DNA of 64,000 nt from Eledone cirrhosa (taxonomy: Eukaryota). Location: positions 15,996,001 through 16,060,000 of the forward strand of contig OZ024762.1 of assembly GCA_964016885.1 (NCBI GenBank), in the 5' to 3' direction. The notes under the pieces are model-generated. The model was not told where the DNA came from. It saw only the letters and a program-made list of their open reading frames with translations, and did no database searches. Below are positions 38,160 through 51,280 of this stretch, in pieces. The translations under genes and the position numbers were made by a program. The first letter of the stretch is position 1. Every line of letters starts with the position of its first letter.

Positions 38160-38260
38160 ATAATTATCTTATGTTGTTTATTACATAACTAATAAACTCT
38201 GTAGCCTACATAGAGCACTCTTTTTTCCTGTACCTTTCTGACGGAATTACTTCAATTACA

Positions 38261-38301
<41 letters not shown>

Positions 38302-38399
38302 AGATACTATTTATAGTTATGTATATATTATACTATAAACAACTATAAACAGGGAAGGTCAGTAATTTATTACTACCTTATTACCAGTAAGATAAATAG

Positions 38400-40100
38400 T
38401 TCAATGTAAGAATATCAGTTGTTTTACAGAGCAGTAATATTGAATACACAAGAATCAAAGCTATGTTTAAAACATTTATAAATGTTTTAAACATTTAGGT
38501 ATGTTGGGGCAACTGCCACGGAATTTAAGGTAGATGGTATAATCACCGCCATACCTTTAATAGATTAGATAAAAAAAAATAGCACGGCACTTTCTGAATT
38601 AGTCTGGAAGATTAAACATCAGAATATAGAGCACTCCTTATCCTGGTCCATAGTTTGCTCAGCCCAACCTTATAACGGCAGCACTGGCGTCTGCAATTTA
38701 TGTATAGCTGAAACCTTTAATATTATTAGAGGTGGCCCCCTATTAATTAATAGGAGAGCTGATTTTTTTCAGCAACTGCCAACATAGAACCTCGAAAACC
38801 TTCCACAGGATTTTTGGAAGGTAACCTACCACTAACTCCTCCCTCTCTACTTTAGCCATAGAGTTCTCTCAATAAACAGACAGTCACACACTCAGGTAGT
38901 TAGACGGCTAAGATTGTTTGTGCACTTACAAACAATACTCGGCCTGTTTCCATGGAGTTCTCACAGCTGAGTGCACTTTTTTAGAATACCTAGCTAGTAA
39001 ATAGTTAGATTGATTACACACTTAGAATACCTAGTTAGTAATTGATTGCACACTCAGGCATGATCGATTACGCACACCTACCTTTACTTTAAGATACCCT
39101 AACCATTGAGTTCTCTCAGTTGGGATATAGCTAGTCGTATTACACACTTAGTTAGGACCGATTACGCTCTCTATACATAACTCTACACACAGTACCCGTT
39201 TCCTTTAGATATTGATCTCCCACAATTACGACTGTAACGTTCCTACCAACTGAACACTACACTAGGTTTTGATCCGTGATCATCTAACCATGGAGGACTC
39301 ACTGTTACAGATTGAACAATAATACTTACACACCATTAGTGAGCCTACACACATCCTCTGGATTTTACTATCCTGTGTTTTTTTTACTTCACCTTCTGTG
39401 TTGGATAACACACCTCCACAACTCAAACAACTATCTTAAAAGCCCATAACATACACTTGAAGATATGGATGTTACAATTCAATCTATACACGTATAGCAG
39501 AACACTGAACTTACTTGCTTGTGTGTGTGTGTGTGTGTGTTGGTTAACCCAATATTTCCAATTTACATCGTCAAATTGAGATTTGACCAGTGTAGCATCT
39601 GTTGTTTTGTGAACTAACTTTCGGTGAATGCTGTGTGTGAGAGTGTCTGTGTACCCACCCACACTAACTGTGACCTTTTATAATTCTACAGGTTTGATAC
39701 TGTGTTGATGTGTGTATATATATGTATATATTTTTTTCTTTGGCCTTGAGCCAGTGTATGTGGGTGTGGAGTGTGTATGTACCCACTCACATTAACTATA
39801 TCCCTACAGATTTGATTGGTGTCCAGCGTCTTTTGCAGCGATAGAAATCTGACAACTTTTATGACCTCAACTAAAGTTAATAGCAGTCTCTGACTGGTGT
39901 GTCTTCATATGAGGGAATGAATTCTGTGAGAGAACATCGTTATTTTTCTCCCTCATATCAAGAATTTGAACACAATTCATTTTCACCTGATGAGATCAGT
40001 AATAATCGATCATGGCTTCACAATCGATCTATCTCTTATTGAAACATGTCGTGATTAAATGATTGGAATTTTACCTTGCCTTCAGATTTTCATTTTGATA
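38400..40100 (+). mobile_element. 5'-truncated Penelope-like retroelement: frameshifted GIY-YIG endonuclease, long 3' UTR and terminal hammerhead
   Basis: 38498-38790 translates across frameshifts as YVGATATEFK-RWYNHRHTF...STALSELVWKIK...LSWSIV...YNGSTGVCNLCIAE...LINRRAD..SNCQH, the typical PLE GIY-YIG C-terminus. Hammerhead at 39983; ends at a TA repeat. Confidence 0.85.
39983..40054 (+). ncRNA. Type I hammerhead ribozyme motif at the 3' end of the Penelope remnant
   Basis: tcac CTGATGA [47-nt degenerate stem II] GAAA catg TC gtga; palindromic stem III (acatgt) and GUC cleavage triplet. Confidence 0.65.
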
Positions 40101-40254
40101 TATATATATATAAACAATGAGTTATATGGTTTGTTGATTATTCAACAAGGTTAATTTTATAACAGAATAAAAGCACTCTACAGAATTTTATCTGGAGTAT
40201 CATTAATATTAACAATATTAATAAATGGAAAATATATTTACAAAACCATATTTA

Positions 40255-40316
40255 TTTCATTATACGTATTTCAAGGGTACTAATACTAATATTTAAGTAG
40301 ACTTTCGTCAGATAAT
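40255..40316 (-). ncRNA. Degenerate hammerhead motif (same family as 25141 and 51173)
   Basis: Minus strand: attat CTGACGA aagtctact...agtaccctt GAAA tacgta TA atgaaa. Confidence 0.45.
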
Positions 40317-40544
40317 ATTTGGTGTTAAGATAGTGACATATCTTCATGTGAACTTAATGGTATAAGCCCATATATATGTGTGTGTGTGTATCATCATCAT
40401 CATCATCATCATTGTTTAGCATCCTTGCTCATACAGAACTGATCTTGGCTTGGTTTCTACAGCTGGATGCCCTTCCTAGTGCCAACCTTATTTACAGTGA
40501 GTACTGGGCACTTTTTGTCATGACACCTACACGACCACTTTGCA

Positions 40545-40596
<52 letters not shown>

Positions 40597-41106
40597 ATAT
40601 ATATATATATATATATGTATATCCATTCTACCAATATATACACAAAAAAATAAAAACAACACACACAGAGTCACATGTCCGCTTTTTTCTATTTTCTAAT
40701 TTATCTACTTGTACTTTCCTGATGAAGGACTATTGTCCGATACATTGAACTTCTTTTCTTTCATCCAAAGTGTGAACCTAATAACACTGATTGCTTTTGT
40801 ATCTCTGTGTTTGTCATTTTTTATTATATATATAAATTACTACACGTGCACCTTTGATGAGTTGTAGTGCACCTGAGCACTGTACACAATATTTTCATTA
40901 TTATTATTATTATTTATCATTATTATTATATATATATATATACTAGAGGGTCGGACAGCATGCTTTGGCGTATAGAGTTATGACCCTTGCCATTCAGAGT
41001 TCAAATCCCCCCGAGGTTAACTTTGCCTTTCATCCTTACGGGGTCGATAAAATAAAGTACCAGTAATGCACTGAATAATTGCTGGCCTTGTGCCAAAAGT
41101 AGAAAC

Positions 41107-41142
<36 letters not shown>

Positions 41143-41149
<7 letters not shown>

Positions 41150-42111
41150 TTAGTTAAGCAAAACAAGACCACAAATTTCACAAGGAAGACATTATTAAAA
41201 GATTGTCAACATATTTTAGTTTGATGTAAGGAATGTAGAGAATAATAATAATAATATTAATAATAATTGTTTCTACTTTAGGCACAAGGCCAGCAATTAC
41301 CCAGTGTATTACTGGTACTTTATTTTATCGACCCCGTAAGGATGAAAGGCAAAGTTAACCTCGGCGGGATTTGAACTCAGAATGGCAAGGGCCGTAACTC
41401 TATGTGTCAAAGCATGGCGTCCGACCCTCTACCGATACTGCCAATCCACCACCCTTATATTAATAATAATAATAATGTCCGTTTACAATTGTTTCGCTAC
41501 TCCATATAATATTTCTGGATCAGATGACTATATATCATATATATAGTCATCTGATCCAGAAATATATGGAGTAGTGAAACAATTGTAAACGGACATTATT
41601 ATCATTAGGGCGGTGGATTGGCAGTATCGGTAGAGGGTCGGACGCCATGCTTTCCAGCATAGTTACGTCCCTTTACAATCTGAGTTCAAATCCCGCCGAG
41701 GTTGACTTTGCCTTTCATCCTTACGGGGTCGATAAAATAAAGTACCAGTAATGCACTGGATAATTGCTGGCCTTGTGCCTAAAGTAGAAACAATTATTAT
41801 TAGGGCGGTGGATTGGTAGTATCGGTAGAGGGTCGGACGCCATGCTTTGACGCATAGTTACGGCCCTTGCCATTCTGAGTTCAAATCCTGCCGAGGTTAA
41901 CTTGCCTTTTATTTTTACGGGGTCGATAAAATAAAGTACCAGTAATGTACTGGATAATTGCTGGCCTTGTGCCAATAGTAGAAACAATTATTATTAATAT
42001 TATTATTATTATTCTCTACATTCCTTACATCAAACTAAAATATGTTGACAATCTTTTAATAATGTCTTCTTTGTGAAATTTGTGGTCTTGTTTTGCTTAA
42101 CTAATGAATAT
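41143..42111. repeat. About 970-bp nested inverted repeat (unique flank + SINE + central hairpin)
   Basis: 41143-41265 mirrors 41990-42111. One minus-strand SINE (41267-41455) faces two plus-strand SINEs (41607-41990). Central palindrome at 41470-41603. Confidence 0.9.
41607..41990 (+). mobile_element. Two young full-length copies of the same SINE
   Basis: gggcggtggattggcagtatcgg...gtagaaacaattatt, twice. Confidence 0.88.
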
Positions 42112-42638
42112 TTCCAGCTCTGCGCGCCTAACTTCTGCATGAACCCAGCAACCTGGCTGCTTTCTACTGCATATTGCACATTGAGCACATGCCTTTACGC
42201 TTTGGCGTCTAACTAATTCACCAATCTCTCCTCTCCTATCTAACTCTCTCTCTTTAAGATTGGTTACTCAAGAACTGTGTGTGTATATATATATATATTA
42301 TACAGAGTTGGGGCCCGACGGCTGAGTTCTTGCCATTTCAACAGCTGAGTCTGGAACTAGCTGTTGAAACAACAAGAGCTCAGCCGTAGGGCCCCAACTC
42401 TTTATACTATAACCATACTCTACTACACCAGGTATTGAGTACTCTGGTGAGTAATGGTACAACTAGTTTTAAACTGGTTCTATCCTGATGTATATATATA
42501 TATATATATGCATATGCATGTATATGTATATATATATATATATCTATGTATATGCATATGAGTATGTGTGTGTGTATATATATATATGCATATGCATATA
42601 TATATGTAAATGCATTTGCGTGTATATATATATAAATA

Positions 42639-42670
<32 letters not shown>

Positions 42671-42833
42671 ACAAAGGAATTGTAGTAAGGAACCAGATGG
42701 ACCATAACGCACCAGAGTACTCAATACTTAGGGTAGTAGAGTGGGAAATAGGAAAAAGTATGACCCTGACGGCAGAGCTCAAGCTGTTTCGACGAAACGG
42801 CTTGAGCTCTGCCGTCGGGGTCATACTTTTTCC

Positions 42834-42866
<33 letters not shown>

Positions 42867-42869
42867 TGC

Positions 42870-43490
42870 ACTACCATCACAATCACAACTGTCACCATAC
42901 CACCACCACCACTACCACACTACTGTCACCACCACCACCTCTGTCACTACACCAACACTGTCACCACTCCACTACACCACCACCAGCACCACTCCACTAC
43001 ACCACCACCAGCACCACTCCACTACACCACCACCACCACCACTGTCACTACACCAATACTGTCACAAATCCATCACCACTATCAACACCACCACTACACC
43101 ACCACCACCACCTCTGTCACTACACCAACACTGTCACCACTCCACTACACCACCACCAGCACCACTCCACTACACCACCACCAGCACCACTCCACTACAC
43201 CACCACCACCACCACTGTCACTACACCAATACTGTCACAAATCCATCACCACTATCAACACCACCACTACACCACCACCACCACCTCTGTCACTACACCA
43301 ACACTGTCACCACTCCACTACACCACCACCAGCACCACTCCACTGCACCACCACCAGCACCACTCCACTACACCACCACCACCACTGTCACTACACCAAT
43401 ACTGTCACCAATCCATCACCACTATCAACACCACCACCACCACCACCACCACCACCACCACCACCACCACTACCACCACCACCACTACAG
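42870..43490. repeat. CAC-rich degenerate triplet repeat with about 180-bp higher-order units
   Basis: Direct reading; produces the spurious His/Thr/Pro ORFs. Confidence 0.9.
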
Positions 43491-43699
43491 ACTACAGCAC
43501 ATACAGTGTATATGTGAAGAGGCAGTATCAGTGTATATGTGAGAGGAGGAGGAGGAGTGTGATGAGAGAGAGAGAGGGAGAGAGAGAGATGAGTCAGCTT
43601 ATTATTATGTAGAGTTACTCCATGTTGTATGAATAGATAGGATTAGTTTCTTCTGCTAAAGCAAGGAGGTCTCCATTGCTTCTACTGGCTGGATCTCAC

Positions 43700-43720
43700 T
43701 AAAGACACACAGACAGACAG

Positions 43721-43767
<47 letters not shown>

Positions 43768-43893
43768 CCAAACATACATGCTGGTTTACATATATATATA
43801 TATATGTATACATACATATATATATACATATACATACATATATATATATATACATACATATATACATACATCATACATACATACATGCTGGTT

Positions 43894-43931
<38 letters not shown>

Positions 43932-43963
43932 CATACATATATATACATACATACATGCTGGTT

Positions 43964-44001
<38 letters not shown>

Positions 44002-44002
44002 C

Positions 44003-44049
<47 letters not shown>

Positions 44050-45500
44050 CATATATACATACATCATCCATACATACATGCTGGTTTACATACATATATA
44101 TATATATATGTGTATACATACATATACATACATACACAAACACACATGCACATATATATAGATAGATAGATAGACATAATATACATATATATGTGGATAC
44201 ATACATATATATGCATACACACATACATATACACATTCACATACATACACACATACATATTCACATACATACACACATGCATATACATCATACAAACATA
44301 CATACATCAGCATCATCATCATCGTTTAATACATACATGCTGGTATACATACACATATATATATATATATATACAGATGTACAGATGTACACACATATAT
44401 ATATATACTCATACACACACATACATACATATATATATATATATACACTTCCTCTCTTTCTCTCTATAAAGCAAAGAAGACTCCATTGCTTCATCTGGCT
44501 GGATCTCACTACATACATACATACATACATACATACATACACACACACACATACATACATACATACATACATATACATACACACACACACATACATACAT
44601 ATACATACACACACACATACATACATACATATACATACACACATGCATACATACATACATACATATACACACACATACATACATACATATAAATACACAC
44701 ACATACATACACATACACACACACACACAAACATATATGTACACACACACAAACACATATACGCACATAAACAAACATACATGCACACACATATAAACAG
44801 AAACACACATACATCACACACAAACATACATGCACATATACACACACACACGAACATACATAAACAAACATACATAAACATACATACACACATATAAACA
44901 GAAACACACACACATCACACAAACATACATGCACACATACACACAAACATACATATACACACATAAACAAACATACACAAACATACATGCTCACACATAT
45001 AAACAGAAACACACATACATGCACATATATACACACAAACATACTTCACACACAAACATATATGCACACACAGAAACACACACAAACATACATGCACATA
45101 CACAGACATATATGCATACACACATAAACACACACATCCATACTCACATAAACACACACACATCCATACACACACACCCGCTATCTCTCTTACTGATATA
45201 TATCTATATCTCATCTTTTTTACTCTCTCTCTCTCTCTCTCTCTCACATGCCTCTCTATCTCTCTCTCTCTTTCTCTCTCACACATGTCCCCCGCGCTCT
45301 CTCTCTCTTTCTTCCTCACTATCTCTCTCTCTTTTTTCCTCACTATCTCTCTCTCTCTTTCTTCCTCACTATCTCTCTCTCTTTTTTCCTCACTATCTCT
45401 CTCTCTTTCTTCCTCACTATCTCTCTCTCTCTTTCTTCCTCACTATCTCTCTCTCTCTCTATCTCTTCCTCACTATCTCTCTCTCTCACACACACATGTC
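43700..45500. repeat. Compound TA/CA/TACA/TC microsatellite field
   Basis: Direct reading. Confidence 0.9.
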
Positions 45501-45539
45501 TCTCCCCCCTCTCTCTCCCATTCCATCATGGACACAGAC

Positions 45540-46820
45540 AGACAGACATATACATACACTGGTATAGACAGACATATACATACATACACTGATATAGACA
45601 GACATACATACATACACTGATATAGACAGACATATACATACATACACTGATATAGACAGACATATACATACATACACTGGTATAGACAGACATATACATA
45701 CATACACTGATATAGATAGACACATACATACATACACTGATATAGACAGACATATACATACACTGATATAGACAGACATATACATACATACACTGATATA
45801 GACAGACATATACATACACTGATATAGACAGACATATACATACATACACTGATATAGACAGACATATACATACATACACTGATATAGACAGACATATACA
45901 TACACTGATATAGACAGACATATACATACACTGATATAGACAGACATATACATACATACACTGATATAGACAGACATATACATACACTGATATAGACAGA
46001 CATATACATACACTGGTATAGACAGACATATACATACATACACTGATATAGACAGACATATACATACATACACTGGTATAGACAGACATATACATACATA
46101 CACTGATATAGACAGACATATACATACATACACTGATATAGACAGACATATACATACATACACTGGTATAGACAGACATATACATACATACACTGATATA
46201 GACAGACATATACATACATACACTGATATAGACAGACATATACATACACTGATATAGACAGACATATACATACATACACTGGTATAGACAGACATATACA
46301 TACATACACTGGTATAGACAGACATATACATACACTGGTATAGACAGACATATACATACATACACTGATATAGACAGACACATACATACATACACTGATA
46401 TAGACAGGCATATACATACATACACTGATATAGACTGACATATACATACATACACTGGTATAGACAGACATATACATACATACACTGGTATAGACAGACA
46501 TATACATACATACACTGATATAGACAGACATATACATACATACACTGATATAGACAGACATATACATACATACACTGGTATAGACAGACATATACATACA
46601 TACACTGGTATAGACAGACATATACATACATACACTGATATAGACAGACATATACATACATACACTGATATAGACAGACATATACATACATACACTGATA
46701 TAGACAGACATATACATACATACACTGATATAGACAGACATATACATACACTGATATAGACAGACATATACATACATACACTGATATAGACAGACATATA
46801 CATACATACACTGATATAGA
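45540..46820. repeat. 30/26-bp minisatellite
   Basis: cactgatatagacagacatatacatacata; source of the three long minus-strand ORFs. Confidence 0.96.
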
Positions 46821-46914
46821 ATGACATATACATACATAGAGATGCTGATATACTCAGCCATAGACAGACACACAGATAGATAGACAGACAGAGACACAGA
46901 CAGATAGATCAATA

Positions 46915-48672
46915 GATATATTTCTTTATTTGCCACAAGAGCGCACAAGAAAAGGGGACAATAGAAAGACATGCCGGAGATTTTACATACAGTTGTGTAA
47001 AAATAGTGAAACAAACAATTATAACAATCGATATCCCCAATAGGGGGGAAACGCCACAAATGGGTTGTTTAATACCCCGTAGATAGAACAACCCTCAACT
47101 TCAGGAGCGTGTTGTGCAAGTGTTCCTTTCTTCCTTTTGCTCTCTTCTTCAACCTACATGTTTATAAACAGAGAAGGCCCAATCACTACATTCACCCACC
47201 TTTCAGTAAATTTACTGTGGTGCAGTGCCTCTCTCTCCACTCTAATTCTCCTTCTAAAGTGATACTTAAAGAAGGGAATCAATTGTTGTCTGGAGAGAAA
47301 GGCATCTGTCCTCAGTCCTCTCAATCTCATCCACCATACAACCTCTTTCACCATAGCCACTGTACAGAGGAAAACCGCCTCTCTTTCGTTTTTGAAAGCG
47401 GCTGGCGGTTTGATCCTTACTATGGACTCAGCAGTCAACTTGATTTGTCCCGTATGCGACAGTAGTTGTTCTGCATAGTTCCCCAGGTCGCTGCAAGACG
47501 GTTTCAATGTCCTGCACGCATCTTGGACACGTCCTCTTGGAAGGATCCCTGCCGGGGCATCCGTGCCTGTAGATCTTATCTCGAACGGGTAGCGCTCCTC
47601 GGTAGCACTGCCAGGCCAGGGGCCTCTGGCAGTTGTCCATAGGTTTCGGGTGGAAAGTCCTACCGAACAGACTGGTGAGCTCGTCGTCTTCGACGCCTAG
47701 AGTCTCTCCGACCTCGTCATCGCACTTGTAAAGTACTAACCCTCTATAGAATTTCGAAGTGGAGTCTCCACTGATTGCTGTGCCCGCTTGACAGAGGACT
47801 GTGAGCACCTGGGCGCATTCAATGTGCCAGGCACCCATCTTCTTCGGTCTTCGCTTCACCCAGGACTGCAGCTCCGTCAGCGAGACAAGTTGTGGGAAGG
47901 CCTGTCTCACAAACGGTGCCCACACCGGTTGGTCGGTGAGGAATACCTGGAGATGCCGTAGCCTCAGCGCATGTTTGCGCATTATTAGCCATGGCATGCC
48001 CAGCCCTCCGTTGGAAGGGTGTTGACAGCAGACGGATCTCCTGACCAGTGGAGCCTGCTTCTTCACAGGAACAGGAAGAGCATGCGTTCCATCTTGGTGA
48101 AGTATTCACGGAGACAAAGTATGACAGTCAAGCAGTAGTAGATGACGGACGCTATGAAAGTGTTCGCCACCTCCGCTCGACCTTTCAAAGACAGTTTGCA
48201 CTCTGCCCACTTCTGGGTGAGCGCAAATACCTTGGCCATGACCTCGTTCCAGTTTTTTTCCACCTGGAGGTCTGGACCGAACCAGACCCCGAGCAATTTC
48301 ACCGGTCCTTCTGTCCAGCGTCCGACGGCATCGGTTTGCCTCTCTACGTTCCAAGTTGCAAACCGACAGACTTGTCTGGGTTAAGTTTTGCTCCTGTGAA
48401 CCTTTTGTATTCCTGTAGTAGGTTGCCGATTACCTCGATTTCCTAGGTTTTCGACACCATCACCGTCACGTCGTCAGCATAAGCCGACGCCGCTTTTCGC
48501 AGTCCCGGTTCTTAAGGGATGCCCTGCAAAAGCTCCAACTTCCGCAGTAGTGACTCTAGAGTCAATACGTACAGAATGGAAGAGAGAGGGCATACCTGTC
48601 GAATGGAACGCGTGATTGCGAACGGCTCCGATAGGTAGCTGTTCACCTTGACCTTCGAACAGATGCTGGTGA
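46915..48672 (-). mobile_element. 5'-truncated Tx1/L1-clade LINE (RT C-terminal half, zf-RVT, 3' UTR), disrupted
   Basis: Minus-strand fragments SIRQVCPLSSILYVL, SAYADDVT, KLLGVWFG, SLKGRAEVANTFIASVIYY, GGLGMP, ALPVRDK, CPRC. 3' end ...gtggcaaataaagaaatatatc. Flanked by GATA/GACA repeats. Confidence 0.9.
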
Positions 48673-49699
48673 TAGACAGACAGACAGAGACCCAGATAGA
48701 CAAATCAATAGATAGACAGACAGACAGACACAGAGACCTAGATAGACAGATCAATAGATAGACAGACAGACAGACCAGACAGAGACCCAGATAGACAGAC
48801 AGTAAAACAATTTAGAGATTGTTGAAGTGGTAACATGTAATATTACAGGAAAGGAAAGAAACCAAGTACCAGTAATTAGTGGAGGACTGACCGGGTTTAT
48901 TCCAGGTGAGATGGGGTTCACAGTCAGTGTTGAATTAGGGACAAATGAGGCCCTGTGCTAGTTAATTAATGAGGCCCCTTACTTGGGCCATAAAGGAGAT
49001 AAACAAATCTGGGGGGGCTGGAAGATGTCTCCCCCTCCCCCTTCCCCGTGGTCTAAGGGGTCCTGTGTCTAAGCATACCTAAGCACAATGGTAAACCCAG
49101 CACTGGTCACAGGTCGTTCCTTTAGTATTCCTGACAGAACCAGCAGAAGAGCCTTGGAAAGAGCAGTGAGGGCATCTTGGAGGTTAGCAGCCAGGTATTT
49201 GCAGCTGGTTCTCAAAGACTACAGAACTCTGGACAGAGCCATGGAGGGCAAGCAGAAGAACCATAGAGGATAGAATGGAAACATCTAGCTGTCATGGCTG
49301 AAGACAAGTGACCAGTGGAGTCAGTAGTATGTATGTCATTTGGTCACAGATTGAGGTTGGGTCACCTGGATGAGGGTGACTTTGTTGTAAGACCAGAAAC
49401 TCTCAGTGACTTCAGGATACAATACTGAGGATGTGTCCACATAGTTACATTGTGTTAGGTTACTTGGATGAGGGTGACTATGTTGTAAGACCTGAAACAC
49501 TCCATGACTTCAGGATAGAACAATGATGATGTGTACTCCAAATATTTACATCTGTAGATGCTTGAAGAATCTAATGTCTAACATCTTCAAAATACAACCT
49601 TCCCTTTTAAAATAGGAAAAGGACCAGGACCACTTCACCCCACTTGTCTTAAGCTGCAGCTGAGGGTGGAGGGGTCAGGAAACTGCAGTCTGAGGGCCA

Positions 49700-50872
49700 A
49701 ATATAACCAGCAGATTCATGGTGCAGTAATGTGCCAGCTTCAGCATTCAGTAATCAGAAGGGAGGTAGGGGTAAAAGCCAAACTCACTATCTTCAATTTG
49801 GTATTCGTGCTAACCCTTACTTACGGTCATGAATCTTGGGCAATGATCGAAAGAATACGATCACGAATACAAGCGGCTGGGATGGGATTCCTCTGAAGGT
49901 CTTTGGAGTAACGTTACTCGATAAAGTGTGTAGCTTGGAGATCAGAGAGTCACTCCAGGTAGAGCTACTACTTCTCCGAATTGAGGGATCACAGCTCTGA
50001 TACTATGGACATGTGGTTAGAATGTCTCAGGAACGAATCACTGGTCAGATTTATAGCTTGGAGATCAGAGAGTCACTCCAGGTAGAGCTGCTACTTCTCC
50101 GAATTGAGGGATCACAGCTCTGATACTATGGACATGTGGTTAGAATGTCTCAGGAAAGAATCGCTGGACAGATTTATAGCTCGGAGATCAGAGAGTCACT
50201 CCAGGTAGAGCTGCTACTTCTCCGAATTGAGGGATCACAGCTCTGATACTATGGACATGTGGTTAGAATGTCTCAGGAAAGAATCACTGGTCAGATTTAT
50301 AGCTCGGAGATCAGAGAGTCACTCCAGGTAGAGCTACTACTTCTCCGAATTGGGAGATGACAGCTCCGATACTATGGACATGTGGTTAGAATGTCTCAGG
50401 AACGAATCACTGGTCAGATTTATAGCTCAGAGATCAGAGAGTCACTCCAGGTAGAGCTACTACTTCTCCGAATTGAGGGATCACAGCTCTGATACTATGG
50501 ACATGTGGTTAGAATGTCTCAGGAACGAATCACTGGTCAGATTTATAGCTCGGAGATCAGAGAGTCACTCCAGGTAGAGCTACTACTTCTCCGAATTGAG
50601 AGATCACAGCTCTGATACTATGGACATGTGGTTAGAATGTCTCAGGAAAGAATCGCTGGACAGATTTTACGGGCAAAACCAACAGGCAGGAGATCCAGGG
50701 GTAGACCCACCCTGAGCAAGATGGCTGGATAACATCCATGAGTTTGGCTGGTCTCACTTGGGGTATCCAGCCAGATCAGTTGGAGACGGTTGATTCTGCC
50801 AGGACCCACTGGAAGGAGTGTTTGAGGACTCTGCCACCACGACCCTCTCAGGAATAAGTGGGCGAAGACGAA
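49700..50872 (+). mobile_element. RTE-like LINE 3' fragment with an internal 122-bp tandem amplification
   Basis: AKLTIFNLVFVLTLTYGHESW...RIQAAGMGFL; about six copies of the ESLQVELLLLRIEGSQL*YYGHVVRM segment at 49932-50665; then GRRSRGRP and the 3' tail. Confidence 0.85.
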
Positions 50873-50980
50873 GTGAAAACCAACAGGTGCATGTGTTTTT
50901 ATTGGCAGTGTAACATCCGTTTCAACACACGTTTTCAGATAAGAAATCTTTCAAAACAAATACAAAAACGAAGTGTGTGA

Positions 50981-51033
<53 letters not shown>

Positions 51034-51075
51034 TGCATACTCACACACACACACACATATATATATCTATATATA

Positions 51076-51280
51076 CAATGATATTAAATAAATGGAAACT
51101 ATATTTATAAAACCATATTTATTTTATTATATATATTTCAAGGGTACCAAAAGACTTTGGTACGCTTTTTTGTATTTTATCTGAAGAAAGTGTACCAAAG
51201 TCTTTTGGTACCCTTGAAATATATATTATAAAATAAATATGGTTTTATAAATATAGTTTCCATTTATTTAATATCATTGA
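51076..51280. repeat. Palindrome with about 90-bp arms in a hammerhead-bearing element
   Basis: caatgatattaaataaatggaaac...ctttggtac mirrored by gtaccaaag...gtttccatttatttaatatcattg. Confidence 0.88.
51173..51235 (+). ncRNA. Type I hammerhead ribozyme motif inside a 200-bp palindrome
   Basis: tattttat CTGAAGA aagtgtaccaaa-gtct-tttggtaccctt GAAA tatata TT ataaaata: 8-bp stem I; weak AUU triplet. Confidence 0.6.

Larger units (their letters stand above)
37969..38191. repeat. Palindrome with about 100-bp arms, each holding a hammerhead
   Basis: tagttatgtaataaac...aatgaataaaaaac mirrored by gttttt...attcatt...ttacataacta. Confidence 0.93.

Noticed and set aside
40713-40752. Hammerhead ribozyme (CTGATGA a ggac-tatt-gtcc GATA)
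   Set aside because: GAAA box mutated to GATA and stems I/III poor; counted only as a dead relic.
42610-43612. His/Pro/Thr-rich ORFs resembling extensin or histidine-rich beak proteins
   Set aside because: CAC repeat open in all three frames, with no signal peptide or credible splice structure.
45473-47059. 528/441/435-aa minus-strand ORFs rich in Cys/Tyr/Met/Val
   Set aside because: All three frames are open over a 30-bp minisatellite; artefact.
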